From positions 18,617,972-18,681,971 of the forward strand of contig CM119267.1 of the NCBI GenBank assembly GCA_051294375.1: DNA of 64,000 nt, in the 5' to 3' direction. Positions within the stretch are counted from its first letter, which is position 1; the number at the start of each line of letters is the position of its first letter. The notes beneath the pieces are model-generated. The model was not told the DNA's origin, ran no database searches, and saw nothing but the letters and a program-made list of their open reading frames with translations. The DNA comes from Paraspadella gotoi (taxonomy: Eukaryota > Animalia > Chaetognatha). The position numbers and the translations under genes were made by a program. Positions 38,176 through 52,119 of the stretch are shown in pieces.

Positions 38176-39313
38176 ATGATAGATTTATTTTCTTCTTTTT
38201 TTTCCCCGAGATATCATTGATGGTGTATAACGATGTAGACGACGACGATGATGATGAAGATGATAACGACGACCACGATGATAACGACGATCGAACACGG
38301 CCGGAAAAGGCGGTGAATAATTGAGAGGCAATGAAGGAGACAAAAAGTTCCTCGGAAAACGACGTCGGCGATGATCGTTAAAAAGATTCGCGACGACGAG
38401 AGAAAATTGACGGAAACAAAAGACGAAGAAAACAAAAGAGAAAAAGAGACGGAAAAAAAAAAGGAGGCGGAGAGGACGTTGATTACGACGAGGACGACGA
38501 TGAGAAAGGTCATTCCGATCTCGGTTAGTTGGAGCTGATTGAGTTAAATGACATTTATGATGAAAGAGAAAGAAGAGATTGAGCGATTTAAGACGTTGAG
38601 GGTCAATGAGATGCCAATTGGTCAGAGTCAATTAGACACGTCAATGAAGTTTGAATCGCGAAGAAAAAATGAGGAGATAAACGCAATGATGGTATTACCC
38701 TCATTGATAACCCGAAAGATTGTTTAGCATTGCAAATTGAGAATATTTTAGCTACGATCGCCCTGGGAAACTGACTTATGTACAACGGTTATCATAACAT
38801 TGTTAGCGGGCTGTCTTTAATAATTATTATTATTACATAGTCATATTGAATTATGTTGCTGTGCGAAAAACCTGTCAGACGCAGATAAAAGAATTGATTT
38901 CTTTTTCAAAAAACAATAATGAATTAGCTTGTTATTACTATTTAGGTTTCTGATTTTAGATTAGAAGACAAAGGCAAAAGCCAAGAGAAGAAAAAAGGCA
39001 AAGATTAAGAAAAAGTTAAAGGCAAAGACTCGGCTTATTATCAAACGGAACCAGAAAATAGGAAGAGACGAAAATAGAAAAAAAGACTAAAAGCGTGAGA
39101 GATTGAGAGAGACGCCATGGAATCTTCGACGTGCCATCTTCAGTCTCCACTTTTCAGCCTCGAACGGAAATAACGGGAAAAACCCTAAGCGGCGATCGCG
39201 AAGATGGTTTCCTGTCAAATCCCATGATTCATGGCTTTTGGACGAAGGGAAAAATTAAGGAGAGAGAGAGAGAGANNNNNNNNNNNNNNNNNNNNNNNNN
39301 TAAAAATTTAAGG

Positions 39314-39345
<32 letters not shown>

Positions 39346-39396
39346 GAGAAGGAGAGAAGAGAGAGAGAATGGAGAGAGAGAGAAGAGAAGAGAGGA

Positions 39397-39461
<65 letters not shown>

Positions 39462-39830
39462 GAGAGAGAGGAAGAGAAATAGATATCAGAAAGTGAATGT
39501 TTCGCAACCAATTTTCGTATGCAATGCGTCTCAAGTTTTAGCTAATAATGGATTTTCGATTTTTAGTTGCGCCGCGAGTACTAGCGCCGCCTATTGTTTT
39601 TTTTAAAAGAAATCTCATATAAAACTATGAAAATAAAAGACGTTATTCCAATGCAGTACGTGGCCGGGGTCGAAAATACACGGAAATACACGGGATAACA
39701 AAGTCACTGAGTCCGCAACACAACATTTGAATTTCCGCTCTTGTTTTAAAAAAATTAGGTTATCATTTACATCTTTCAGACAGACAAACAGAAATAACAA
39801 AGGAAACCAATCCGATTATTGAAGCAAGAG
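35035..39830. repeat. Tandem ~2.4-kb duplication (35035-37406 vs 37432-~39830) separated by a 25-N gap
   Basis: Collinear copies that differ mainly by 1-nt indels. Confidence 0.85.
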
Positions 39831-40054
39831 CGCTTTATCGCCGACGCCATCTCCCGGTCCGTTACGACGCGCGCCGGAATCGTGGAAGCAAGGAATCCGG
39901 CGAAATTGGAATCGAATCGGCGCCGATGTCGGCCAGAAGTCGGAGAAGATTGTCGGCCGGAATTCGAGATGTTGGTCAGAAGTAGCTCTCAATTATCCTT
40001 ACACTCACCTCGGCGACTCGCCTCTCGTTTGACAGAGATGAATGTCGTCGGCGT

Positions 40055-40430
40055 CTCGTGTTCCGTTCGCCGTTCGTTCGCGTCCGTTCGCGCGTGTCCG
40101 TTTGTCGCGTTCCGTTCGCGTCCGTTCGCGTCCGTTCGGTGTCCGTTCGCCGTCCGTTCGCGTCCCGTTCGGCGGTCCGTATCGCGTCCGTTTCGCGTCC
40201 AGTTCGCGTCCGTTCGCGTCTCTGCGCGTTCGGCGTCCGTTCGCGTCGTCGCGTTCGCGTCCTTTCGCGTCCGTTCGCGTCCGTTCGCGTCCGTTCGCGT
40301 CCGTTCGCGTCCGTCCGTCCTATCGCGGTCCGTTCTGCGTCCGTTCGCGCCGTTCGCGCCTGTCGCGTCCGTTTCGCGTCCCGTTGCCGTCGCATCCGTT
40401 CGCGTCCGTTCGGTCTGTTCGCGTCCGGTT
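40055..40430. repeat. 10-bp CpG-rich satellite (GCGTCCGTTC)n, copy 1
   Basis: Tandem degenerate gcgtccgttc units. Confidence 0.9.
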
Positions 40431-41886
40431 CCTTTATTTTCCTAACTCACTGTTTTTAAATTCTTTTTTTTTTTTCAACTTCTAGCTCTCTTTAACAAAG
40501 ATATTTTATTGATATTACGAATTAATATCTCAGATAAGCCATTAAAAAAATGAATGAGAATGACTATCTTTACGAAAGCATCTACAGCTATAAAAATTAA
40601 GCTGCCCATGTCATTGTTTCAATTATAGAGTCAAAAGTTAATTATTCTAAATTTCAATCTTTTTTTAAAATATATGACACTGATTAAATTATTATAATAT
40701 AAAATATTATTACTATGAAAAAAAAAGATTTAGATAGCCAATCACAATTCTGATAAAAATCTTTAATTTACCCTCAGCTATTGATTTTTTGGAAATATGT
40801 CGTGTTTTTGAGTATCCTAATATAAATTAAAGCTGGGCCGCGTTCAATTTTATACTACAGTATTGCAAAGTATGTCATTCTCTTTTTAGATTTGAAAGGC
40901 TTTCAGAGATAATAATATAATATTATTTTATTTTCAAATTCTTCCGAAATTTACTGAATCGTAAGAAAAAAAATTGAATCTAAAAAAAAGTTGGAGTGGA
41001 AAATGAAACCCGATTTTACAATGCCAACTTTTCTCACTCATTTGCCAAGGCAATATCTTAATGATCAATATAAAATTTGCACAATAAATGACTTTAATAT
41101 GTTCTACTCCATTAATTTAAAACCAATGAAAATAACCACTGGTTTTGCAAATGACAGCGTCATTTCTAACGCGCTTGTAAAATTGTCACAACTGCTACTC
41201 TCTTAATTTGGTTTAATTCTCTTGATTTTTTTTGTTCTAGCATTTTCATTCATTTTAATTTTCATTGTTTTCGCGAGCAGTTGTTTTGTTTTTGCTAATA
41301 ATTTCGTATATAAAGTCATATATGTTCCTCTTTCCTCCTCTCTCTGCCCTCCACCCACCGCGCTTCCAACTGGTTCTCAACGAATTCGCCATTTGTGAGT
41401 CGCAATCGTCGTGACTCGTTCCTCACCTTTTCCCCATCAATCGTCGATTTGAAGTGAAGGGGGAAATTTCCTTTTTTTCTCCCGCTCAAAAGTGATTTTG
41501 GATCCTAATGAAGATGGTCGTCTGTCTTGGTCGAGAGAAAAAAGGAAGGATGGTCCGATGATGGGAACAAGAATAGGAAAATAATTAGGAGAAAAAAGAA
41601 GATGATAATTAGAAGTGGGTTAATAGAAAATAATGAAAAAAAGGAGGACGGCGGGAATATGGAGGTCAAAGAACAAAGACAAAAGACGAGGCAGCGGGCA
41701 AGAAAAATGGAGATCGGGCACGCAGGGTTAAGGGAGGTAGGGCGGATGGGGAGAAGAGGATATTGGGATTGGAACAATGGACATGAGACAACGGAAAAAG
41801 AACACATCGGGCCAAGGCGAAACAAGAGACGATGCGATGAAAGGAGTTGGTGCGATGGAGAAGAGAGAGGGAAAGCGAGGAAGAAG

Positions 41887-41959
<73 letters not shown>

Positions 41960-44202
41960 AACCGGAACCAGTGTGTGAATGACATGACAAACAACAACGA
42001 CGATGACAGTGAAGACTGATCCCTACTCTCGTTTTCCCTTTTTTTTTCTCAATAACATCGTTTGCCGGATACACCTCGGCAGAGGGCAGGGGGCGCGGAT
42101 GCGTGGAAGTGGAAGAGAAATGAGGATGTGGAAAAATAAAATCGGAGAAAGCGGACAATACAAAGACCTTCAAAAAACCCTACCGAATTAGACGAGGACG
42201 CGGGGGGGGGAGCTAGAGACGGTGAAGCGGGGGCGCCAAGCGGGCACGGGCGGGCGGCGGGGGGGGGGTGGGAAACATCCTGGTTGGAAAAACTATAATA
42301 ATAAACAAAAAAATATGTGTAACCAGATGGGCCCCTTCTACCGTCTCGAATTGGGCAGAACGTGCGCCCAACGAACAAAGAAGGACAAGAGCCACGAAAC
42401 AGAGACCCCGTTTTTCCGCCACTCTCCTACCTGGTCAGCCTCTGCTGCCCGGAATACATCGTGTCATCTGGACACTCCGCCGTCCTCCGCGCTCCCGTCC
42501 CCTGACTTTCGCATGGGCCGATCATATCCTCCGCGCCGTCTGCTGAGAATTTTTCCTGCCTGCGGCTACAGGAACAGGGACGCAACAACGCACTCCACAA
42601 GTCAATCACCCTGGGTTATCACGCCTTACCACCGTGCAGTTCCGTCTCTTTAATCATTATATGAAACTCTTCGCTCAACCAGCGCGATTTATCTCTTCTG
42701 CTCTTGCATTATCGCAATCCGCCTAATCGGATTTTAGAGGCTGCAGCAAACACGGCGACTCTGCATTATTAAACTTGATTGCTCGCTATCAGCCATCTAA
42801 GCATTGCTCATCGTTTCGACTCTTCCCTCTCACTCTCTTCCGCCGCTTGCTCCTCTCTCTCTCTCTCTCCTCTCTCTACTCCTCCTCTCTCTCTCTCTCT
42901 CTCCAGCTTGCGAACGATCAGCGTCGCGATGGTCAAATAGAGGGATTACGCAAAGGCGGGGTTTACTCTTCACCCTCGTTTTCTTCGTTGCCGTTTTCTT
43001 CAATCAATGTTTCATTTCTCTCCATTTCCTCCCATTTTTTTCTCCGATTTTCATTCCTTATTTCTCACTTTCCTCTCTCTTTCATGAAGACTTCTCGTCT
43101 TTTTGTTCTCCCCCCTTTTTTTCCACCCCCGTCAACCCCCTCATTCTGTTCTCTATTTTAATCTCTCCGACACTATATCAAACTTCTGTCTCCTTCTTAA
43201 CTTATCTTTTCCCTCCCCGATTTTTATGGACCCACCTATAGTTCCTTTCATTAATTCCGCACATCTCTTCTTTCGACGAAGGCTGACCCCCTTCCTTTTC
43301 TTTCTCCGGGTCACCTCCTCGCCATCCTTCCTCCACCCATTCCCCCAGCATTCTCCCCACCTCGCCATCTTCTTATCGTCTTTTCTTTTCCCTGTTTTTT
43401 CACTCAAACTTCCTTTCCTCCTTGACTTTCTCTCTTTTTTCTTACCAAAACTCATCAATCTATCAAATAACTTCTTCATTTCCTCTCCTTATTTTTCACC
43501 CCAGCTCGCCGAGGGTTCCACATCATAGGCGACACGTCCCCCAGCAAGTGCAGGCGGTATTCCTGGCTACTCTCGACGAGCCCATTCTGTGGTTACCGGG
43601 CACTTATTCTCAGCTTGTTCGCCGATTTGATAGGCCGTGACGGCATGGCGCCTCTCACAAAAGTACACGAAAATGGCTAGGTCGGTCGCACTTTCTGGCT
43701 TCTGCACTATACCGCTCGCTCGTCGTCTGTCCGTTCGTTCTTCACACTTCTTTCTTCTTCTTTGCATCTCCTAATTCTGGCTTCAGTTTCGATTCAGTAA
43801 CGTCGTCGTTATTCTTCTGCGTCGCGAAGCTCAACTGAAGCATCGTCGAACAGCGCAGAGCTAATTCAACTTCGCTCGTTGGTCGTCGAAATTAATGAGT
43901 CGGGCTTTTCAAAGGTTCGGGCTCTTGGAGTCGAGTCGAGGTTCGTCCATTTTTTTAAGTTGCTTTACGGACTTTCGTCTTCCCTTTGTGCATATTTTCA
44001 TGGTAGGTTTGGTTAGTGTACGTGTTCATCCATTGTATTTCAGGGCGTCAAATAAAATGTACAAATCATTACTCTCGGTAGGATTTTTTAAGATCTCACA
44101 GTTACAAAAAATTTGTTGCCTTTCTCTCTCCTCAGTGTGGACTCATCGCACGCATTCTTCCTCTCTCTTCCCTCCTCTCTCTCCTCTCTTCCTCATTCTC
44201 TT

Positions 44203-44240
<38 letters not shown>

Positions 44241-44808
44241 GATATCAGAAAGTGAATGTTTCGCAACCAATTTTCGAATGCAATGCGTCTCAAGTTTTAG
44301 CTAATAATGGATTTTCGATTTTTAGTTGCGCCGCGAGTACTAGCGCCGCCTATTGTTTTTTTAAAAGAAATCTCATATAAACTATGAAAAATAAAAGACG
44401 TTATTCCAATGCAGTACGTGGCCGGGGTCGAAAATACACGGAAATACACGGGATAACAAAGTCACTGAGTCGCAACACAACATTTGAATTTCCGCTCTTG
44501 TTTTAAAAAAATTAGGTTATCATTTACATCTTTCAGACAGACAAACAGAAATAACAAAGGAAACCAATCCGATTATTGAAGCAAGAGCGCTTTATCGCGA
44601 CGCCATCTCCCGGTCCGTACGACGCGCGCCGGAATCGTGGAAGCAAGAATCCGGCGAAATTGGAATCGAATCGCGCCGATGTCGGCCAGAAGTCGGAGAA
44701 GATGTCGGCCGGAATTCGAGATGTTGGTCAGAAGTAGCTCTCAATTATCCTTACCCTCACCTCGGCGACTCGCCTCTGCGTTTGACAGAGATGAATGTCG
44801 TCGGCGTC

Positions 44809-45225
44809 TCGTGTCCGTTCGCGTCCGTTCGCGTCCGTTCGCGTCCGTTCGCNNNNNNNNNNNNNNNNNNNNNNNNNGCCGTTCCGTTTTCGCGTTCCGT
44901 TCGCGTCCGTTCGCGTCCGTTCCGGTGTCGTTCGCCGTCGCGTTCGCGTCCCGTTCGGCGGTCCTATCGCGTCCGTTTCGCGTCCATTCGCGTCCGCTTC
45001 GCGTCCTGCTTCGGCGTCCGTTCGCGTCCGTCGCGTTCGCGTCCTTGTTCGCGTCCGTTTCGCGTCCGTTCGCGTCCGTTTTCGCGTCCGTTCGCGTCCG
45101 TCCGTCCGTCGCGGTCCGTTCTGCGTCCGTTCGCGTTCCGTTCGCGCTCCTGTTCGCGTCCGTTTCGCGTCCCGTTCGCCGTCGCTTCCGTTCGCGTCCG
45201 TTCGCGTCGTTCGCGTCCGGTTCGC
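44809..45225. repeat. 10-bp CpG-rich satellite (GCGTCCGTTC)n, copy 2
   Basis: Same repeat as copy 1, interrupted by a 25-N gap. Confidence 0.9.
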
Positions 45226-46667
45226 TTTATTTTCCAACTCACTGTTTTTAAATCTTTTTTTTTTTTCAACTTCTAGCTCTCTTTTAAACAAAGATATTTT
45301 ATTATGATATTAACGAATATAATATCCTCAGAAAGCCCTTAAAAAAATGAATGAGAATGATATACTTACGAAAGCTCTAATATAAAAATTAAGCTGCCCA
45401 GTCTTGTTTCAATTATGAGAGTCAAAAGTTAATTATCTAAAATTTCAATTTTTTTTTTAAAATATATGACACTGATTAAATTTATTATAATATAAAATAT
45501 TATTACTGAAAAAAAAGAGATTTAAGATAGGCCAATCACAATTTGATAAAAATCTTAAATTTACCCTCCAGCTATTGATTTTTGGAAATATGTCTGTTTT
45601 TGAGTATCCTAATTAAATTAAAGCTGGGCCGGTTCAATTTTATACTACAGTATTTGCAAGTATGTCATTCTCTTTTAGATTTGAAAGGGCTTTCAGAAGA
45701 TAATAATATTAATATTATTTTATTTTCAAATTTCTTCCGAAAATTTACTGAACGTAAGAAAAAAAATTGAATCTAAAAAAAGTGAGTTGGAAAATGAAAC
45801 CCGATTTTACAAGCCAACTTTCTCACTCATTGCCAAGGCATATCTTAACTGATCAATATAAAATTTGCACACATAAATGACTTTAATATGTTCTACTCCA
45901 TTAATTTAAAAACCAATGAAATAACCACTGGTTTGCAAATGACAGCGTATTTCTAACCGCGCTTGTAAAATTGTCACAATGTACTCTCTTAATTTTGGTT
46001 TAATTCTCTGATTTTTTTTGTTTTAGCATTTTCATTCATTTTAATTTTCATTGTTTTCGCGAGCAGTTGTTTTGTTTTTTGCTATAATTTCGTATATAAA
46101 CGTCATATATGTTCCTCTTTCCTCCTCTCTTGCCCTCCCCCACCCGCTTCCAACTGGTTCCAACGAATTCGCCATTTGTGAGTCGCAATCGTCGTGACTC
46201 GTTCCTCACCTTTTCCCCATCAATCGTCGATTTGAAGTGAAGGGAAATTTCCTTTTTTTTCCCGCTCAAAATGTGATTTTGGATCTATGAAGATGGTCGG
46301 TCTGTCTTGGTCGAGAGAAAAAAAGGAAGGATGGTCCGATGATGGAACAAAGAATAGGAAAATAATTAGGAGGGAAAAAAGAAGATGATAATGTAAGGGT
46401 AATGAAAATAATGAAAAAAAGGAGGACGGCGGGAATATGGAGGTCAAAGAACAAAGACAAAGAACGAGGCAGCGGGCAAGAAAAATGGAGATCGGGCACA
46501 GGGTTAAGGGAGGTAGGGCGGATGGGGAGAAGAGGATATTGGGATTGGAACAATGGACATGAGACAACGGGAAAAAGAACACATCGGGCCAAGGCGAAAC
46601 AAGAGACGATGCGATGAAAGGAGTTGGTGCGATGAGAGAAGAGAGAGGAGAAAGCGAAGGAAGAGAG

Positions 46668-46741
<74 letters not shown>

Positions 46742-49166
46742 AACCGGAACCCAGTGGTGATGACATGACAAACAACAACGACGATGACAGTGAAGACTTG
46801 ATCCCTACTCTCGTTTTCCCTTTTTTTTTCTCAATAACATCGTTTGCCGGATAACCTCGGCAGAGGGCAGGGGCGCGGATGCGTGGAAGTGGAAGAGAAA
46901 TGAGGGATGTGGAAAAATAAATCGGAGAAGCGGAAACAAAGACCTTCAAAAAACCCTACCGAATTAGACGAGGACGCGGGGGGGGGAGCTAGAGACGGTG
47001 AAGCGGGGGCGCCAAGCGGGCACGGGCGGGCGGCGGGGGGGGGGTGGGAAACATCCTGGTTGGAAAAACTATAATAATAAACAAAAAAATATGTGTAACC
47101 AGATGGGCCCCTTCTACCGTCTCGAATTGGGCAGAACGTGCGCCCAACGAACAAAGAAGGACAAGAGCCACGAAACAGAGACCCCGTTTTTCCGCCACTC
47201 TCCTACCTGGTCAGCCTCTGCTGCCCGGAATACATCGTGTCATCTGGACACTCCGCCGTCCTCCGCGCTCCCGTCCCCTGACTTTCGCATGGGCCGATCA
47301 TATCCTCCGCGCCGTCTGCTGAGAATTTTTCCTGCCTGCGGCTACAGGAACAGGGACGCAACAACGCACTCCACAAGTCAATCACCCTGGGTTATCACGC
47401 CTTACCACCGTGCAGTTCCGTCTCTTTAATCATTATATGAAACTCTTCGCTCAACCAGCGCGATTTATCTCTTCTGCTCTTGCATTATCGCAATCCGCCT
47501 AATCGGATTTTAGAGGCTGCAGCAAACACGGCGACTCTGCATTATTAAACTTGATTGCTCGCTATCAGCCATCTAAGCATTGCTCATCGTTTCGACTCTT
47601 CCCTCTCACTCTCTTCCGCCGCTTGCTCCTCTCTCTCTCTCTCTCCTCTCTCTACTCCTCCTCTCTCTCTCTCTCTCTCCAGCTTGCGAACGATCAGCGT
47701 CGCGATGGTCAAATAGAGGGATTACGCAAAGGCGGGGTTTACTCTTCACCCTCGTTTTCTTCGTTGCCGTTTTCTTCAATCAATGTTTCATTTCTCTCCA
47801 TTTCCTCCCATTTTTTTCTCCGATTTTCATTCCTTATTTCTCACTTTCCTCTCTCTTTCATGAAGACTTCTCGTCTTTTTGTTCTCCCCCCTTTTTTTCC
47901 ACCCCCGTCAACCCCCTCATTCTGTTCTCTATTTTAATCTCTCCGACACTATATCAAACTTCTGTCTCCTTCTTAACTTATCTTTTCCCTCCCCGATTTT
48001 TATGGACCCACCTATAGTTCCTTTCATTAATTCCGCACATCTCTTCTTTCGACGAAGGCTGACCCCCTTCCTTTTCTTTCTCCGGGTCACCTCCTCGCCA
48101 TCCTTCCTCCACCCATTCCCCCAGCATTCTCCCCACCTCGCCATCTTCTTATCGTCTTTTCTTTTCCCTGTTTTTTCACTCAAACTTCCTTTCCTCCTTG
48201 ACTTTCTCTCTTTTTTCTTACCAAAACTCATCAATCTATCAAATAACTTCTTCATTTCCTCTCCTTATTTTTCACCCCAGCTCGCCGAGGGTTCCACATC
48301 ATAGGCGACACGTCCCCCAGCAAGTGCAGGCGGTATTCCTGGCTACTCTCGACGAGCCCATTCTGTGGTTACCGGGCACTTATTCTCAGCTTGTTCGCCG
48401 ATTTGATAGGCCGTGACGGCATGGCGCCTCTCACAAAAGTACACGAAAATGGCTAGGTCGGTCGCACTTTCTGGCTTCTGCACTATACCGCTCGCTCGTC
48501 GTCTGTCCGTTCGTTCTTCACACTTCTTTCTTCTTCTTTGCATCTCCTAATTCTGGCTTCAGTTTCGATTCAGTAACGTCGTCGTTATTCTTCTGCGTCG
48601 CGAAGCTCAACTGAAGCATCGTCGAACAGCGCAGAGCTAATTCAACTTCGCTCGTTGGTCGTCGAAATTAATGAGTCGGGCTTTTCAAAGGTTCGGGCTC
48701 TTGGAGTCGAGTCGAGGTTCGTCCATTTTTTTAAGTTGCTTTACGGACTTTCGTCTTCCCTTTGTGCATATTTTCATGGTAGGTTTGGTTAGTGTACGTG
48801 TTCATCCATTGTATTTCAGGGCGTCAAATAAAATGTACAAATCATTACTCTCGGTAGGATTTTTTAAGATCTCACAGTTACAAAAAATTTGTTGCCTTTC
48901 TCTCTCCTCAGTGTGGACTCATCGCACGCATTCTTCCTCTCTCTTCCCTCCTCTCTCTCCTCTCTTCCTCATTCTCTTCTCCCGTTTCGCCACGTTATTT
49001 TTCATTGTGTCTTATCTCGTTTACTAATTTCATATTTTTAACTTAGTTTTGCTGTCATTTTCTACATTTATTTTCTATCTTTTTCGTTTTTTTATTTTAT
49101 TTTATTTTTTTTCCTATTCTTTATTTTTGGTGAGTTTGTCTCGTTTTTCTCTTCAGATTTCTTTTA

Positions 49167-49979
49167 CATGGTGACAATTTTACAAGCGCCGGTAGAAATA
49201 CGCTGTCATTTGCAAACCAGTGGTTATTTCATTGATTTTAAAAATTAGTTAAGTAGAACATATTAAAGTCATTTATGTGTTCAAATTTTATATTGATCAG
49301 TTAAGATATTCCTTGGCAATGAGTGGAGAAAGTTGGCTTGTAAAATCGGGTTTTATTTTCCAACTCACTGTTTTTAAATTCTTTTTTTTTTCAACTTCTA
49401 GCTCTCTTTTAAACAAAGTATTTATTATGATATTAACGATATTAATATCCTCAGAAAGCCCTTAAAAAAATGAAGAGANNNNNNNNNNNNNNNNNNNNNN
49501 NNNNNNNNNNNNNNNNNNNNNNNNNNNNNNNNNNNNNNNNNNNNNNNNNNNNNNNNNNNNNNNNNNNNNNNNNNNNNNNNNNNNNNNNNNNNNNNNNNNN
49601 NNNNNNNNNNNNNNNNNNNNNNNNNNNNNNNNNNNNNNNNNNNNNNNNNNNNNNNNNNNNNNNNNNNNNNNNNNNNNNNNNNNNNNNNNNNNNNNNNNNN
49701 NNNNTTAATATTATTTTATTTCAAATTTCTTCCGAAAATTTACTGAACGTAAGAAAAAAAAATTGAATCTAAAAAAAGTGAGTTGGAAAATGAAACCCGA
49801 TTTTACAAGCCAACTTTCTCCACTCATTGCCAAGGCATATCTTAACTGATCAATATAAAATTTGCACACATAAATGACTTTAATATGTTCTACTCCATTA
49901 ATTTTTAAAACCAATGAAATAACCACTGGTTTGCAAATGACAGCGTATTTCTACCGGCGCTTGTAAAATTGTCACAATG
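49167..49979. mobile_element. MITE with ~200-bp terminal inverted repeats and TA target-site duplication (Tc1/mariner-type)
   Basis: TA|CATGGTGACAATTTTACAAGCGCCGGTAG...CTACCGGCGCTTGTAAAATTGTCACAATG|TA. TIRs span ~49167-49369 and ~49778-49979 around an AT-rich core partly lost in a gap. Copies lacking the left TIR lie at ~40435-41195 and ~45226-45981. Confidence 0.75.
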
Positions 49980-52049
49980 TACTCTCTAATTTTGGTTTAA
50001 TTCTCTGATTTTTTTTGTTTTAGCATTTTCATTCATTTTAATTTTCATTGTTTTCGCGAGCAGTTGTTTTGTTTTTGCTATAATTTCNNNNNNNNNNNNN
50101 NNNNNNNNNNNNGACACAAAATTACCAAAAACAGTTTTTTAGGTTTTACGCCACATTTGAGTTCAATTTCTATTTTCTAAAGCTGACCGATCCCTTTACA
50201 TTAACTTGATAACATTTGTTCTTTAATATTCGATAAAAGCATGTATCCGTCCATCCTTCATCGATTTATGTTAAATCAATGAAATAATATTGAGATTTAG
50301 GTGTGAGTCTAAAGGAGATCAAAATAGAAAGATATCTAAAATAAACCAAGTCCAAATGTCAAATTGCGGGCGCGTGGTTTAATCTGCGAAGTTTGGTAAC
50401 AAAGGATTCCGAGCGCCAGAATCCGATAGCGGCCGTGAGTCCAAACTCTGACTGTTTTCCAATTCTCGAATCTCGCGGCGGCGGCTTTGCATACCCTGAT
50501 GCTGAGACCTGACGGCAGCGTGCGTTCGGCGACTTCCTACGTTTTTATAATTCCGCGCATTATTTTCAAATTTATGATTCCGAATCAGTTATTGTCACGC
50601 AGTTATTATTCTTTTCAGATTAAATAGGTATGCGCGTCGTTCCGCTCATGCTCAAAGCAGTTCTCAGTAAATAACTGACATTGTGATCTAAAACTCGTTA
50701 ATTTTACAGCCGTCGCGTTCGCGGATCACTTACTGCCTGTTCTCTATAAATATCGAACGAAAAAGTCCGTGTTTTATACGGATTCTCATTTCAAGCAATA
50801 TTTTACCCCTTGCTCGCACGATGTTAGTGATTTAAAAATGGGTCCTTCAAGCGTTGGCGTGGGCAGTTTTTTTTTTAAGTTTCTCTTTTTTTGTATTTTC
50901 TTTCTTACTTGTCATTTTCATGGTTTTGTGCCATCTTTTCAATTCTTTCCCTTCATCTCGCACAGAAGGGCCTTTCAACTCGGGTCGATCAAGGTCCGTG
51001 AGAGCATCGCACGTGCTTCGTACACCGTCTCCAGTTACGTCCTGGCGCGTTGGTTTCCCGATTTCTTGTCGGTCCGTCCCGTAGAATCAGCAGTCCGGTT
51101 CGCAAGATCCGAATTCACGATCCGTATCGCGTCCGTAATCGACGTCCGTTCAAGAAAAATAAAAAAACCGTTCGCGAGGTCCCGTTCGCGACATTGGATT
51201 TTTGTTTAGCATATCTGCCTTTGTTATTTATCTCGTTTACTAATTCATATTTTTACCATTAGTTTTGCTGTCATTTCTACATTTATTTTCTATCTTTTCG
51301 TTTTTTTAATTTTATTTTATTTTTTTTCCTATTCTTATTTTGGTGAGTTTTGTCTCGTTTTTACTCTTCAGATTCTTTGACTCTCTATTTTGGTTTTAAT
51401 TCTCTGAAATTTTTTTTGTTTTAAGCATTTTCATTCATTTTAATTTTCCTTGTTTTCGCGAGCAGTTGTTTTGTTTTAGTATTTTTGATTATAAATCATT
51501 ATGTTCCTGCTTTCCTCTATTAACACCAGTTACAACCCATACACGCAAACAGCCCACCGCTTCCAACTGGTTCCAACGAATTCGCCATTTGTGAGTCGCA
51601 ATCGTCGTGACTCGTTCCTCACCTTTTTCCCCATCAATCGTCGATTTGAAGTGAAGGGAAATTTCCTTTTTTTTTCCCGCTCAAATGGATTTTGGATCTA
51701 TGAAGATGGTCGGTCTGTCTTGGTCGAGAGAAAAAAGGAAGGATGGTCGATGATGGAAAAGATAGGAAAATAATTAGGAGGGAAAAAAGAAGATGATAAT
51801 GGTAATATGAAAATAATGAAAAAAGGGAGACGGCGGGAATATGGAGGTCAAAGAACAAAGACAAAGAACGAGGCAGCGGGCAAGAAAAATGGAGATCGGG
51901 CACAGGGTTAAGGGAGGTAGGGCGATGGGGAGAAGAGGATATTGGGATTGGACAATGGACATGAGACAACGGGAAAAAGAACACATCGGGCCAAGGCGAA
52001 ACAAGAGACGATGCGATGAAAGGGTTGGTGCGATGGAGAGAGAGAGAGA

Positions 52050-52119
<70 letters not shown>

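Larger units (their letters stand above)
39470..48980. repeat. Tandem ~4.75-kb duplication (~39470-44204 vs ~44205-48980); partial third copy at ~51230-52316
   Basis: 42166-44204 and 46942-48980 give identical ORF translations at a constant 4776-bp offset, while the remaining parts differ by many small indels. Confidence 0.88.

Noticed and set aside
39819-45307. Arg/Ser/Val/Pro-rich ORFs of 130-208 aa
   Set aside because: They are translations of the (GCGTCCGTTC)n satellite and are open in several frames on both strands.
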